Shown one piece after another: positions 10,441 to 21,400 of a stretch of 64,000 nucleotides of DNA. The DNA is from an uncultured Gammaproteobacteria bacterium. GTDB taxonomy: Bacteria; Patescibacteriota; Patescibacteriia; UBA1558; S5-K13. Within the stretch, counting starts at the first letter, position 1. Each line of letters opens with the position of its first letter. The notes beneath the pieces were generated by a model, which did not search any database, was not told the DNA's origin, and saw only the letters and a list, made by a program, of their open reading frames with translations. The stretch lies in the NCBI GenBank assembly GCA_964424195.1, contig CAYRHT010000001.1, forward strand, positions 207,542-271,541. The letters are read 5' to 3'. A program made the position numbers and the translations under genes.

Positions 10441-10992
10441 TAATAATTCTAAAGTTATTCCGGTATAATGTTGCATTTGATGTCCTGTTTGTTTGTGATT
10501 ATAAATTTCTTGAAGAACTTTTTTTATTGCTGGAATTTCTTTGTGTGGAATTTTTGTTGTTGCAAGTAAATAAAGACCACTGAATATTCGACATAAGTCA
10601 TATGGAGCTAAATCTAATTCTTCTAAAGCAGTTTTATCTGTTCCGCGAATGAAATCTTTTATGGACTCATGAAACGGCTTTTTTGCTTTTCCAAGGCTTT
10701 CTATGACTTTTTGAATATATTCAGCAATATCATATTTAAATTTTTTGCAAGGATCGACAGTTTCTCTTTCTTTCATTTTCTGAAGAAATTTTTTTATTGT
10801 AGGGATTTCCTCACTTGGAATATCAGTAGTTTCGATCATATGTAATCCAGCAATTAATCTGTCTGGATGGTTACAATTACAAGGGACACAAGTCCATCCC
10901 ATTTCTTTTAATTTTTCTTTATCCTCTCCAAGAATAAAAACTATTACAGATTTGTGGAAAGGATGTTGTGCTTCTAGTTTTCCATCTTTCAT
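10438..10992 (-). CDS. Hypothetical protein with two internal tandem repeats
   Basis: 184 aa; the repeats IETTDIPSEEIPTIKKFLQKMKE and LATTKIPHKEIPAIKKVLQEIYN are each followed by similar segments; CVPCNCNH cysteine cluster. Confidence 0.5.
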   Translation of the reverse strand: MKDGKLEAQHPFHKSVIVFILGEDKEKLKEMGWTCVPCNCNHPDRLIAGLHMIETTDIPSEEIPTIKKFLQKMKERETVDPCKKFKYDIAEYIQKVIESLGKAKKPFHESIKDFIRGTDKTALEELDLAPYDLCRIFSGLYLLATTKIPHKEIPAIKKVLQEIYNHKQTGHQMQHYTGITLELL

Positions 10993-11088
10993 TTATTCCT
11001 CCTATTTTTTTGTGATTATAAAACATTAGCTTTATTTCAGGTATTTGTCAATGTTTTAAAATTTAAAATTTAATGTTAATCTTTAAAT

Positions 11089-12300
11089 ATGATTAATAAA
11101 AATACAACACCTCTAGCAGATCGAATGCGTCCTGAAAATTTAAAGGATTTTTTTGGTCAAGACGAAATAGTGGGAAAAGATTCTTTATTAAAGAAAGCTA
11201 TTGAATCTGACCAATTACCTTCTATGCTTTTCTGGGGACCTCCGGGGAGTGGAAAAACCACTCTAGCTTTTATTATTGCTCAGAAAACTAAATCAGACTT
11301 TCTTCAAATTTCAGCAGCAACTAGTGGAATTAAAGATTTAAAAGAAGTAATTGCTAAAGCAGAAGAAAGTAAAAGATTAAAAATTCATACAATATTATTC
11401 ATAGACGAAATTCATCGCTGGAATAAGAAACAACAAGATGCTCTACTTCCTCATGTAGAGAAAGGGATTATTACTTTAATTGGAGCTACTACTGAAAATC
11501 CTAGCTTTGAAGTAGTTAGCGCTTTATTATCTCGTTGTCGAGTATTTGTTTTAAAAAGTTTAGAAAAAGAGCAATTAATTAAGATTTTAAAGAAAGCTAT
11601 TAAAGACAAAGAGAGAGGACTTGGTAATTCAGAAATGAAAGTTGCTTTACCAGTTTTAAAAATTTTAGCGAGCATGAGCAATGGTGATGCTCGAACAGCC
11701 CTGAATGTTTTAGAATATGCTACTTCTCTTTCTAAGGATAAAAAGATTAGTAAAGAAGAAATAAAAGAAGCTTTTCAGAATTCATATCTAATGTATGACA
11801 AGAATGGAGAAGAGCATTACAATATTATTTCAGCTTTGCATAAATCAATGCGTGGTTCAGATCCAGATGCTGCTTTGTATTGGTTAGCTCGGATGTTAGA
11901 AGCTGGAGAAGACCCCTTATACATTGCCAGAAGAGTAGTTAGATTTGCTTCTGAAGATATTGGTTTAGCTAATTCTAGAGCTTTAGAACAAGCTGTATCA
12001 GCTTACCAAGCTTGTCATTTTATTGGCATGCCAGAATGTAATGTAATTCTAGCTCAAGCTGTAGTATATATGGCGAAGTGTAAGAAATCTAATGACTTAT
12101 ACTCTGCCTATCAAAAAGTAGCTCAGGATATCAAAGAATATGGTAATTTACCGGTTCCTTTACATATTCGTAATGCTCCTACTAAATTAATGAAGGAGTT
12201 AAATTATGGTAAAGGCTATAAGTATAGTCCTGATCATAATTATCAAGAAAAGCAAGAATATCTTCCAGAGAAATTAAAGAATAAGAAATATTTGAAATAA
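11089..12300 (+). CDS. rarA: Replication-associated recombination protein A (AAA+ ATPase, MgsA/WRNIP1 family)
   Basis: 403 aa; LADRMRPENLKDFFGQDEIVG; Walker A GPPGSGKTTLA; Walker B ILFIDEIHRWNK; C-terminal MgsA helical domain. Confidence 0.9.
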   Translation: MINKNTTPLADRMRPENLKDFFGQDEIVGKDSLLKKAIESDQLPSMLFWGPPGSGKTTLAFIIAQKTKSDFLQISAATSGIKDLKEVIAKAEESKRLKIHTILFIDEIHRWNKKQQDALLPHVEKGIITLIGATTENPSFEVVSALLSRCRVFVLKSLEKEQLIKILKKAIKDKERGLGNSEMKVALPVLKILASMSNGDARTALNVLEYATSLSKDKKISKEEIKEAFQNSYLMYDKNGEEHYNIISALHKSMRGSDPDAALYWLARMLEAGEDPLYIARRVVRFASEDIGLANSRALEQAVSAYQACHFIGMPECNVILAQAVVYMAKCKKSNDLYSAYQKVAQDIKEYGNLPVPLHIRNAPTKLMKELNYGKGYKYSPDHNYQEKQEYLPEKLKNKKYLK

Positions 12301-12303
12301 AAA

Positions 12304-12350
12304 AAGAAGGGATACGTTATTGTATCCCTTCAGTGTTTGTATTTCTTTTT
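12304..12350. terminator. Rho-independent terminator (bidirectional)
   Basis: Hairpin GAAGGGATAC-gttattg-TATCCCTTC followed by a T-rich run. Confidence 0.5.
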
Positions 12351-12363
12351 TGGCAAACAGGGC

Positions 12364-12849
12364 CTAGAGAAATTCCGTAACACCTATTAACATTTCATTC
12401 TTTTCAACTACACGTTCTTCTTTGCCGATTTCATTTTTTGCTTTAGAGTTCGTATTATTTCCGGCTGCTTCTTCTTTTTCTGCTACATAGCTTGTTTCAG
12501 AAGAGGGTAGCTTTAGGATAAGCACTCTTTGTAACTGTTTTTCAAAATAAATACCTTTTTGGATATTTTTTTGCTCAAGAATTCCGATTTCATCATAACG
12601 ATTACTTTTTGCCTTTTCATCGTTGCTGATAGCTTCATTAAATTCATTTTTAGCTTTAGTGTTAGGATTTGCATTGATCATTGTTGTTTCTACGGATGCA
12701 CCTAATAAGACAACCACCTGCCCATTATTATTTGCATCACCTTGCTTTTGGTTTTGAACAATTGTTCCGTCTTGATCTCCTACGATCGCATTAGCTGTTA
12801 AAGAAATGAACAGTAATGCTAATAGAACAATGAATAGTTTCTTTCCCAT
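12364..12849 (-). CDS. Hypothetical secreted protein
   Basis: 161 aa; SD AGGAGGAAA before the ATG; cleavable signal peptide (LTANA|IV); low-complexity Asn/Lys-rich mature part. Confidence 0.55.
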   Translation of the reverse strand: MGKKLFIVLLALLFISLTANAIVGDQDGTIVQNQKQGDANNNGQVVVLLGASVETTMINANPNTKAKNEFNEAISNDEKAKSNRYDEIGILEQKNIQKGIYFEKQLQRVLILKLPSSETSYVAEKEEAAGNNTNSKAKNEIGKEERVVEKNEMLIGVTEFL

Positions 12850-13080
12850 TTTTCCTCCTTTATTACAGAAAAGATGTGTGATTTGTAAAATTCACTTTTC
12901 ATGATCCTCCAAATTAGATAGAGGTCCGATTTGAACACATTTTTGTTTGATTTTTCCTTTTTGTATATTAATTATTACTTTTATTCTAATTCTTGTCAAT
13001 TTGTATTATATTAACTTTGCTATAAAATTATTTTTTAGATATAATTAAGTTAATATAGTATTAAATAATATTTAAGAATC

Positions 13081-13458
13081 ATGGATCTTAAAAAATTTTT
13101 GTTATCTATGACTTTTGCAACCTTACTTTGTTGGTTTGGTTTTTTCATGGTCATTCTTTTTATCAGTCCTCAGGAAATAGGGTTTTTAACTTTTTTGTTA
13201 TTCTATTTAATCCTAGCTTTAGCTGTTATTGGAACCCTAACAATTTTAGGATTTTTACTACGAAAATTATTTAATAGGAAGGAATTAGCTTTTGAACATA
13301 TTATTGTTTCTTTCCGACAAGCTATTTGGTTGAGTTTAATCTTAATCATTTCCTTGTATCTACAGTCTCAGCAATTACTAGCTTGGTGGAACGCTATACT
13401 ATTAGTTTTAGGATTAGGTTTGATTGAGTTTTTCTATTTAGGACATAATGAAAAATAA
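13081..13458 (+). CDS. Hypothetical polytopic membrane protein
   Basis: 125 aa, 3-4 predicted TM helices; its end overlaps the pheS start. Confidence 0.45.
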   Translation: MDLKKFLLSMTFATLLCWFGFFMVILFISPQEIGFLTFLLFYLILALAVIGTLTILGFLLRKLFNRKELAFEHIIVSFRQAIWLSLILIISLYLQSQQLLAWWNAILLVLGLGLIEFFYLGHNEK

Positions 13459-14503
13459 ATATATGAAAGATAAATTAATTGAAATTAAGGAAAAAGTTTT
13501 ACGAGAGATTAAGGAAATTAATCTTCCCGAAGAGTTGGAAAAACTAGAAAAGAATTATTTAGGTCGGAAAGGTGAATTTACTAAATTAATTAAGAGTGTT
13601 AAAGATTTAGCTGAAGAACAACGACCAGTAATGGGAAAATTTGCTAATGAAATGAAAGTTGAATTAGAAGGTGCCTTTTCAGAAATTAAAAAGAATATTA
13701 ATACTGGTTTAGAAAAGACTAAGGATTTTGTATCTAGTTTTGATCCTACTTTACAATCTCGAAAAAAAGAATTAGGACATCTTCATCCGAGTACTATTAT
13801 TCAAAATGAAGTGGTAGAAATTTTTTCTTCCATGGGCTTTTCAGTTTTAGATGGTCCAGAATTAGAATCAGAATTCTATAACTTCGAAGCTTTAAATATT
13901 CCCCAGACTCATCCAGCCCGAGATATGCAAGATACTTTTTTTGTAGATAAGGATAAAGAAATTAAAGATCCTAATAAGTTTGTAATGCGGACTCATACTT
14001 CTAATCAACAAGTACGAGCTATTGAAGAATTAGGAACACCTCTCAGAGCTATTTTTCCAGGAAAGTGTTTTCGAAATGAAGCTACTGATGCTTCTCATGA
14101 TAATACTTTCTATCAACTAGAAGGTTTAATGATTGATAAGAATATATCTATTGCTAACTTAGTAGCTGTAATGAATACTTTGTTATCAAGGGTTTTTGAA
14201 AAAGATGTAAAAACTAGATTAAGACCAGGTTATTTTCCATTTGTAGAACCAGGTTTTGAATTAGATTTTTCTTGTGTAATTTGTAGTGGAAAAGGTTGCT
14301 CGGTTTGTGGAGATGGTTGGGTAGAATTAATTCCCTGTGGTTTAGTTCATCCAGAAGTTTTAAAAGCTGGTGGTCTTGATCCAAAAGAGTGGAGTGGTTT
14401 TGCTTTTGGTATGGGTATGACTAGATTAGTAATGATGAAGTATGGAATTGATGATATCAGATTATTACAATCTGGTGATTTGCGATTTACTAAACAATTT
14501 TAA
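13448..14503 (+). CDS. pheS: Phenylalanine--tRNA ligase alpha subunit
   Basis: 351 aa; class II aaRS motifs (FPFVEPGFELDF motif 2, GFAFGMGMTRLVMMKYG motif 3); followed by pheT. Confidence 0.92.
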   Translation: MKNKYMKDKLIEIKEKVLREIKEINLPEELEKLEKNYLGRKGEFTKLIKSVKDLAEEQRPVMGKFANEMKVELEGAFSEIKKNINTGLEKTKDFVSSFDPTLQSRKKELGHLHPSTIIQNEVVEIFSSMGFSVLDGPELESEFYNFEALNIPQTHPARDMQDTFFVDKDKEIKDPNKFVMRTHTSNQQVRAIEELGTPLRAIFPGKCFRNEATDASHDNTFYQLEGLMIDKNISIANLVAVMNTLLSRVFEKDVKTRLRPGYFPFVEPGFELDFSCVICSGKGCSVCGDGWVELIPCGLVHPEVLKAGGLDPKEWSGFAFGMGMTRLVMMKYGIDDIRLLQSGDLRFTKQF

Positions 14504-14515
14504 ATTAGATAAATT

Positions 14516-16939
14516 ATGAATATATCTCTTAAGTGGTTAAAATCATATGTAGAAATTCCTAAGGAAATTTCAGCTGAAGAATTGGCTGAGAGAATTACGA
14601 TGTCTATTGTAGAAGTTGAGGGAATTATTAAACAAGCTGATAATTCAGAAGGAATTGTAGTAGCTCAGGTTAAAGAAATTAACAAACATCCAGATGCTGA
14701 TAAATTACAAGTCTGTAGTGTTGATGCTGGTAAAAAAGGATCCTTTAAAGTTGTTTGTGGTGGTAATAATCTCCGGAAAGATATGATTGTAGCTTTAGCT
14801 ATGGTTGGTAGTCAAGTTAGATGGCACGGTGAAGGAGATTTAGTTACTTTAGAAAAAGCTAAGATTAGGGGAGTAGAGTCCGAAGGAATGATTTGCGCTG
14901 CGGAAGAAATTGGATTAGCAAAGAAATATAATATTGAAGGTGGAATTGTTGATTTAGAATTAAATACTTCAGCTGTAGGGAATAATATTTCTGAAGCTCT
15001 AGATTTAAATGATGTTATTTTTGAAATTGATAATAAGTCTTTAACTAATCGACCAGATTTATGGGGACATTATGGAATAGCTAGAGAAATTTCAGCATTA
15101 TTAAATATTCGTTTTAAACCTTTAATATTTTCATCAAAATTAAAGATAAAAAAGAAGCATAAATTACATATTGATATTGAAGATCGAAAAGCTTGTCGAA
15201 GATATTTGGGAGTTGTTATGGATAAAATTAAAATAGGTCCTTCTCCAGATTGGTTGACAAAAAGATTAGAAGGTGTTGGTGTAAAATCAATTAATAATAT
15301 AGTAGATATTACTAATTTTGTAATGATGGAGATGGGACAGCCCTTACATGCTTTTGATTTGAGAGATATTAAAGATAATCGAATTATTGTCAGAAAAGCT
15401 CAAGCCGGAGAGAAATTTATTACCCTTGATGAAGAAGAGAGAAACTTAAATACTGATGACCTATTAATCTGTGATGGAGCTAAGGGAGTAGCTCTAGCTG
15501 GAATCATGGGTGGTTTAAATAGTGAAATTAAAGAGGATACTACTAGAATTTTAATAGAATCTGCTAATTTTGAGCCAAGCAGAATTAGAAAAACTTCAGT
15601 GCGAACTGGTTTACGAACAGAGTCTAGTGCTCGTTTTGAAAAGAATCTAGATGTTAATTTAGCTGAAGAGGCAATCAAGAGAGCTATTGAATTAATTCAA
15701 CAATTAAATGTTGATAGTATTATTGCTAGTAAATTAATTGATCGAGATTATTCTCAACAAGAGAAGATTAAAATTAATTTAAATTTAGAATTTATAAACA
15801 AAAAGATAGGACAAGTTATTCCTAAAAAAACTATTATTAATATTTTAACTAGTTTAGGATTTATTATTAAAGAAAAGAAAGAAGAACTAGAAGTAGAAGT
15901 TCCTAGTTATCGAAGTACTGGTGATATTAATATTCCTGAAGATTTAATTGAAGAAATTGCTCGGATTTATGGTTATGACAATATTAAAGTCAAAGAGCCT
16001 CAGATTAAATTAACTCCAGCTCTAAAAGACAGGATTTTGCTAGTAGAAAAGAATATTAGAGACTTTATGTCTGCTGGATTAGCATACAATGAAGTATATA
16101 ATTATTCTATGGTTTCTGAAGATGATATTCAGAAAGTATATGGTAGTAAGAAAGACTATATTGGAATAAAAAATGCGGTTTCTAAAAATTTAAAATATTT
16201 AAGAAATAGTTTGTTAATTGGATTTTTAAATAATGTTAGTGATAATTTAAGATATTTTAAATCTTTCAAAACATTTGAAATAGGAAGAGTATTTAATTTA
16301 GAACAGGGAGATTTTAAAATTTCTAAAGATTCTAGTGAGTTTTTACCAAGTCAGGATAAAATACTATCCTTTGTGTCAGTAGGTGATGATAGCTTTTTGT
16401 CTTTCAAAGGAGACGTAGAAGCAATGTTAAATGAAATGAATATTAAATATACTAGTACTATTACTGAGAGTAGCTCTTTGCTTAAGGGTCAGGCCTTAGA
16501 ATATCTAGTAGATGATGAAGTTATTGGTGTAATGGGAGAAATTGATGCTCAGCTTCTTAATAATTTTAATATTAACGCTAAAGTACTTTATGCTGAATTT
16601 AATGTTTCTAAGTTTTTGAAATATGTTCAAGACTCTAAAAAATACAAAGCATTGTCTAAATATCCAAAGATGGTTCAAGATATTTCTATGACAATTCCAA
16701 ATAGTGTTCAATGGCAGGATGTAGAACAGAAGATTAACGCTATTTCTTCTTTAATTACAGAAGTAGAACTATTTGATATCTATGAAAACAAAGAAAAAGA
16801 AGAAAAAGAGCGTTCTTTAGCTTTCCATATTACTTTTCATGATCTAAAGAAAACTCTCACCAGTAAAGAGGTTGATAAATTAATGAAACAAGTTAGAGAA
16901 ATGTTAGTTAAGGATTTTAAAGTTAAAATAAGAGAATAA
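14516..16939 (+). CDS. pheT: Phenylalanine--tRNA ligase beta subunit
   Basis: 807 aa; N-terminal tRNA-binding (EMAP) domain, B3/B4, B5 and C-terminal FDX-ACB domains; adjacent to pheS. Confidence 0.92.
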   Translation: MNISLKWLKSYVEIPKEISAEELAERITMSIVEVEGIIKQADNSEGIVVAQVKEINKHPDADKLQVCSVDAGKKGSFKVVCGGNNLRKDMIVALAMVGSQVRWHGEGDLVTLEKAKIRGVESEGMICAAEEIGLAKKYNIEGGIVDLELNTSAVGNNISEALDLNDVIFEIDNKSLTNRPDLWGHYGIAREISALLNIRFKPLIFSSKLKIKKKHKLHIDIEDRKACRRYLGVVMDKIKIGPSPDWLTKRLEGVGVKSINNIVDITNFVMMEMGQPLHAFDLRDIKDNRIIVRKAQAGEKFITLDEEERNLNTDDLLICDGAKGVALAGIMGGLNSEIKEDTTRILIESANFEPSRIRKTSVRTGLRTESSARFEKNLDVNLAEEAIKRAIELIQQLNVDSIIASKLIDRDYSQQEKIKINLNLEFINKKIGQVIPKKTIINILTSLGFIIKEKKEELEVEVPSYRSTGDINIPEDLIEEIARIYGYDNIKVKEPQIKLTPALKDRILLVEKNIRDFMSAGLAYNEVYNYSMVSEDDIQKVYGSKKDYIGIKNAVSKNLKYLRNSLLIGFLNNVSDNLRYFKSFKTFEIGRVFNLEQGDFKISKDSSEFLPSQDKILSFVSVGDDSFLSFKGDVEAMLNEMNIKYTSTITESSSLLKGQALEYLVDDEVIGVMGEIDAQLLNNFNINAKVLYAEFNVSKFLKYVQDSKKYKALSKYPKMVQDISMTIPNSVQWQDVEQKINAISSLITEVELFDIYENKEKEEKERSLAFHITFHDLKKTLTSKEVDKLMKQVREMLVKDFKVKIRE

Positions 16940-16953
16940 ATAAAAATAAAAAT

Positions 16954-17316
16954 ATGTATGAAATTAAAAAGATTTTTCCAGCTTCTCTAGCTAAATATTC
17001 TGCCATTATGGTAGCGATGACAGTTTTAATCTTAGGATTAATTAATTTCCTTTTAAATCTATTAGGAATTGGAGTCCAATATGGTATCCCTTGGGATCAG
17101 CAATTAACTAGTTTGTTAGCTAGTGTAATCTTCTTTGCTATCCTTTTCTATATCATCGGTTACATCTTTGCTTTAATATATAATTCAGTAACTTTTAAAG
17201 CTAAGGGAGTAATGATTGAGTTTAAATTAGCTGATCAAGAACTTTTAAAAGAGATTAAGAAAGAGGAAAAGAAAGAGGAAAAGAAAGAGGAACAAGAAGA
17301 TAAATTTGTAGTTTAA
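16954..17316 (+). CDS. Hypothetical membrane protein with EEKKEEKK C-terminal repeats
   Basis: 120 aa; 3 TM helices; charged repetitive tail. Confidence 0.45.
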   Translation: MYEIKKIFPASLAKYSAIMVAMTVLILGLINFLLNLLGIGVQYGIPWDQQLTSLLASVIFFAILFYIIGYIFALIYNSVTFKAKGVMIEFKLADQELLKEIKKEEKKEEKKEEQEDKFVV

Positions 17317-17341
17317 AATTTAATAAAATAAAAATAAAAAA

Positions 17342-18247
17342 ATGAATTTAAATTATATTTTAACAGTATCCTTAGTTTTAATAATTATTATAGTTTGGTA
17401 TCTTTTTAAAGCTAATAAATCAAGTACTAAATTATCAGGAAATATCATTAGTAAATTTACTATTAATCTAACTGATTTAGCTCGAGATCAGAAGTTAGAC
17501 CCAGTAATTGGTAGAGAGAGTGAAATTAAAAGAGTTGTTCAAATTCTTTCTCGAAGAAAAAAGAATAATGCTATTCTTTTAGGTAAGGCTGGAATTGGTA
17601 AAACTGCTATTGTGGAAGGTTTAGCAATGGCTATTGTCAAACATCAAGTTCCTAGTTCTTTGTCAGATAAAGAAGTTTTAAAGATTGATATGTCTTCTAT
17701 TCTAGCTGGTACTAAATATAGAGGAGAGTTTGAAAACAGGTTTAAAACTCTAGTAGACACTATTATTGCAATGAACAAAAAGTTCATTGTTTTTATTGAT
17801 GAAATTCATACTATTGTTCAAGCTGGAGGAGCAGAGGGAGCAATTGATGCTGATGATATTATTAAACCACCTTTAGCTAGAGGAGAATTACAAATGATTG
17901 GTACTACAACTACCAAAGAGTTTAAAGAATTTATCCAACCAGATGTTACCTTAACTAGAAGATTTGAAGCTTTAGAAGTGTCTGAACCGAATAAAGTTCA
18001 AACTATTAAAATATTACAAGGTATAAAGAAAGAATATGAAGATTATCACCGAGTTGTTATTTCAGATGAGATAGTTAAGAAAATAGTTGAATTTTCTATT
18101 AAGATTAAGAACAAGACTTTTCCAGATAAAGCTATTGATATTATGGATGAAGTTTGTGCTAAGGTTAGATTAGATAATGTTAATAGTAATAAGGTTGTAA
18201 AAATTACTAACAAAGACTTAATAGAAGTTTTAAAGTTTTTTAAATAA
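17342..18247 (+). CDS. Membrane-anchored ClpA/ClpB-like AAA+ protein comprising only the first nucleotide-binding domain (D1)
   Basis: 301 aa; N-terminal TM helix; then LDPVIGRESEIKRVVQILSRRKKNNAILLGKAGIGKTAIVEGLA ... AGTKYRGEFENRFK ... FIDEIHTIV ... ARGELQMIGTTT ... TRRFEALEVSEP ... PDKAIDIMDE, which is collinear with ClpB D1. No middle domain or D2 follows. Confidence 0.7.
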   Translation: MNLNYILTVSLVLIIIIVWYLFKANKSSTKLSGNIISKFTINLTDLARDQKLDPVIGRESEIKRVVQILSRRKKNNAILLGKAGIGKTAIVEGLAMAIVKHQVPSSLSDKEVLKIDMSSILAGTKYRGEFENRFKTLVDTIIAMNKKFIVFIDEIHTIVQAGGAEGAIDADDIIKPPLARGELQMIGTTTTKEFKEFIQPDVTLTRRFEALEVSEPNKVQTIKILQGIKKEYEDYHRVVISDEIVKKIVEFSIKIKNKTFPDKAIDIMDEVCAKVRLDNVNSNKVVKITNKDLIEVLKFFK

Positions 18248-18431
18248 CATTTTATGTCAGAAAGCGTAGAAAACAAAAAAGATGATATTAAAACAAAACA
18301 GAAAATTTCTAAGAAAGTTAAAGTTTTGTTATTAGTAGTTTTAACTTTTGCTTCTATAGGAATATTTTTAATTTTAAATATATTATCTCAGGGTAATTTT
18401 TGGGGAGATTTAATTAATAAGTTTTAATAAG

Positions 18432-21400
18432 ATGAAACGAGAGAAAAATACATCTGAGATTACTACTAAAGTAACTCAAAGAGTAGCAACTAAGACTAAA
18501 GTTTTAGTAGGTATGGTTATGGGTTTAGCGATAGTAGGAATGTTGGGGTTTGCTAGTATGGCTTTTGAAAATGTTAAAAAGTTTACTATAGAAGGTGATA
18601 TTCAAGTTCAGTCAGAGGAAAAGGGATATTTTGTAAATCAAGATATGGATCCTTATAGCAGCTTTGATAGTTCAGGTCAATATATGACGAACGGAAGTTT
18701 TAATGATAGAGAGGAAAAGGAATTGAATATTGAAGAAATTCAAAAGGCTTTAGAGAAAAAAGGAACATTATGGCAAGGAATTGAAAATAGAATTTTTAAA
18801 TTGAATAAAGAAAAAAGAGGAAACCTTTTAGGTTTACAAATAATAGAAGAAGAATTAAGAGAAGCTAAACAAAGAGAAAGAAATCAAGTAGGGTCGAGAG
18901 ATGGTGAATTGCCTGATTTTTTTGATTGGAGAGATTTGCATGGCGGTTTAGATTATACGACTCCTGTTAGAGATCAGGGAAGTTGTGGTTCTTGCTGGGC
19001 TTTTGGAGCTTTAGGAGCTTTAGAAGCTGGAATAGAAGCTTATTATAATAATCCTAATTTAAATATTGATTTATCTGAACAAGATTTAGTTTCTTGTTAT
19101 TTAGGAGACGGATGTTTTGGTGCTTATGCAAGTGAAGTCGAATCATTATTTAATAATTATTTTCAAGACATAGGAGTTGCTAATGAAAGTTGTTTTCCAT
19201 ATACAGCGACTAATAACGATTGTGAAAATAAATGTTCTGATTGGCAAAATGAAGCTTGGATTACTACCTCTTATGAAAATGTAGAATTGACAGTTGATGC
19301 TATAAAAACAGCTTTAATAGAGAACGGACCCTTAGAAGTTGGAATGGAAGTTTATGCTGATTTCCTTTCTTATAATAATGGAATATATCATCATGTTACT
19401 GGTGGTCTCTTAGGTTATCATGCGGTTTTAATTGTTGGTTTTGGTGTTTATGATGGAATGGATTACTGGATTGTTAAAAATTCTTGGGGAGAAGATTGGG
19501 GCGATAATGGATATTTTAAAATTTTAACAGGAGACTCAATGATAGATTCTTGGTTTGCTTATGGTATAAATATACCAGAACAATTAATAGGAGATAGTCC
19601 AGAAAGACTATGTGTAGATCAAGATGAAGATGGTTATTGTTATTGGGGTTTAGGTGATATGCCAAGTACTTGTTCTTCTACTTGTATTTTAGATATTTCG
19701 GATTGTAATGATGCTAATGGAGGAATGTTTGAAGATTGTGGGCAAAATACAGAAGTTATTGGATTTTTAAATATTATATCTGAACCGTCTGATGCTGAAG
19801 TTTATATTAAAGACTTAGATTCTAATAATTGGATTCATCGAGGGAATACACCTTTGGAGTTTAAATTAAATGTTGGAGAAAGAGAAATAAAAATTAGAAA
19901 ATTTGGGTACTTTGAATCAATTACAATTATAGATGTCGAAGAAGGGATGACTGATGAGCTATTTATAGAATTAGAACATGATTCTCAATTTCAAGAAGGA
20001 TGGCCAGTTCAAATAACTACTGCTTATCCCAATGAGTCTAGATATGGTGGAGCTTTTTCTGTTTCTGATTTAAATAATGATGGAGCTAAAGAAACAGTTG
20101 TTATTACAACTACGCATGATATTAATACTCCATACTATGCGGATTCAGTTTATGTTATTAATTCAAATGGTGAATTTATGCCAGGTTGGCCAAAAACTTT
20201 ACCTGAAGATGGTTATGTAAGAGAAAGTGCCACACTAGCAGATTTAGATGGTGATGGTGATAAAGAAATAATAATTTTAGCTAGATATGGTTTTAATAGT
20301 CCTAATTGGCCAAACAGTTATATTCAGATTTATAATCACGATGGTACAGATTTTCCTGGATGGCCAAGATTAATAAATCCATCTAATCAAGTAGTTAGGG
20401 TTAGTGTTGCGGATATTAATCTAGATGGAAATTTAGATATAATTGCTGGTTCAGGATCAAGTTATGGTACTGTAATATCTTGTGATTTTAATGAAGATTG
20501 TGAGCCTGCAGGTGTTTGTAATTATGGGTATTGTATGGATATTTATAGAGAAGTATATGCTTTTAACTATGATGGTACAAACTTAACTGGATGGCCAATT
20601 GAGTTTGAAATTCCATATATTCCAAGAAGTTCACCTGTCTTGACTAATTTGGATGATGATCCAGAACTAGAAGTTATTATAACTGCATTTCATTCAATTG
20701 ATAATCCAAATACTCAAACCCATTATGTTTATGCATTTAATCATGATAGTACTATTGTTGATGGTTTTCCTTATTCACTTGATAATTATTGGGGATGGAC
20801 TATAATCTCAGGAGATGTAAATAATGATGGACTTAATGAAATAGTTACACAAAAAGGACCTATAACAAATAATGGAGAAAGTATGTATTGGGAAAACACA
20901 TCCACTAAGATGTACTCAGTAAGTATGGCAAATGTTAACAACAACTACAACTTAGAAATATTATATGGAGATGCGGACGGTAAAGCTTATTTAGTTGATC
21001 ATGAAGGGAATAATTTAACTGGATGGCCAATTGATCAACCTGAAGATAATATATATGCAGACGGAACTCCTATTGTAGCAGACTTATTTGGGGATAATCA
21101 AAAAGAAATAATTATTTCTTGGTGGTCATATACTGGCGAGAAACCAGGTTTGTATGTTTATAATTTAGATGGAACTCTTGTTGAAGGATTTCCTAAATTT
21201 GAGGGATTGGTGTCTATATATTCGTCTATTGTAAATGATATAGACAATGATGGAGATTTAGAATTAATAGCAGTATCTAGTAATGGACAGGATATACTTG
21301 TTCTCGATTTAGATAAGGAATATGATCCTTTAACAATTGAATGGTCACAATTTCAACATGATGCTCAATATACTGGAAATTATAATTTTGAAAGATGTTC

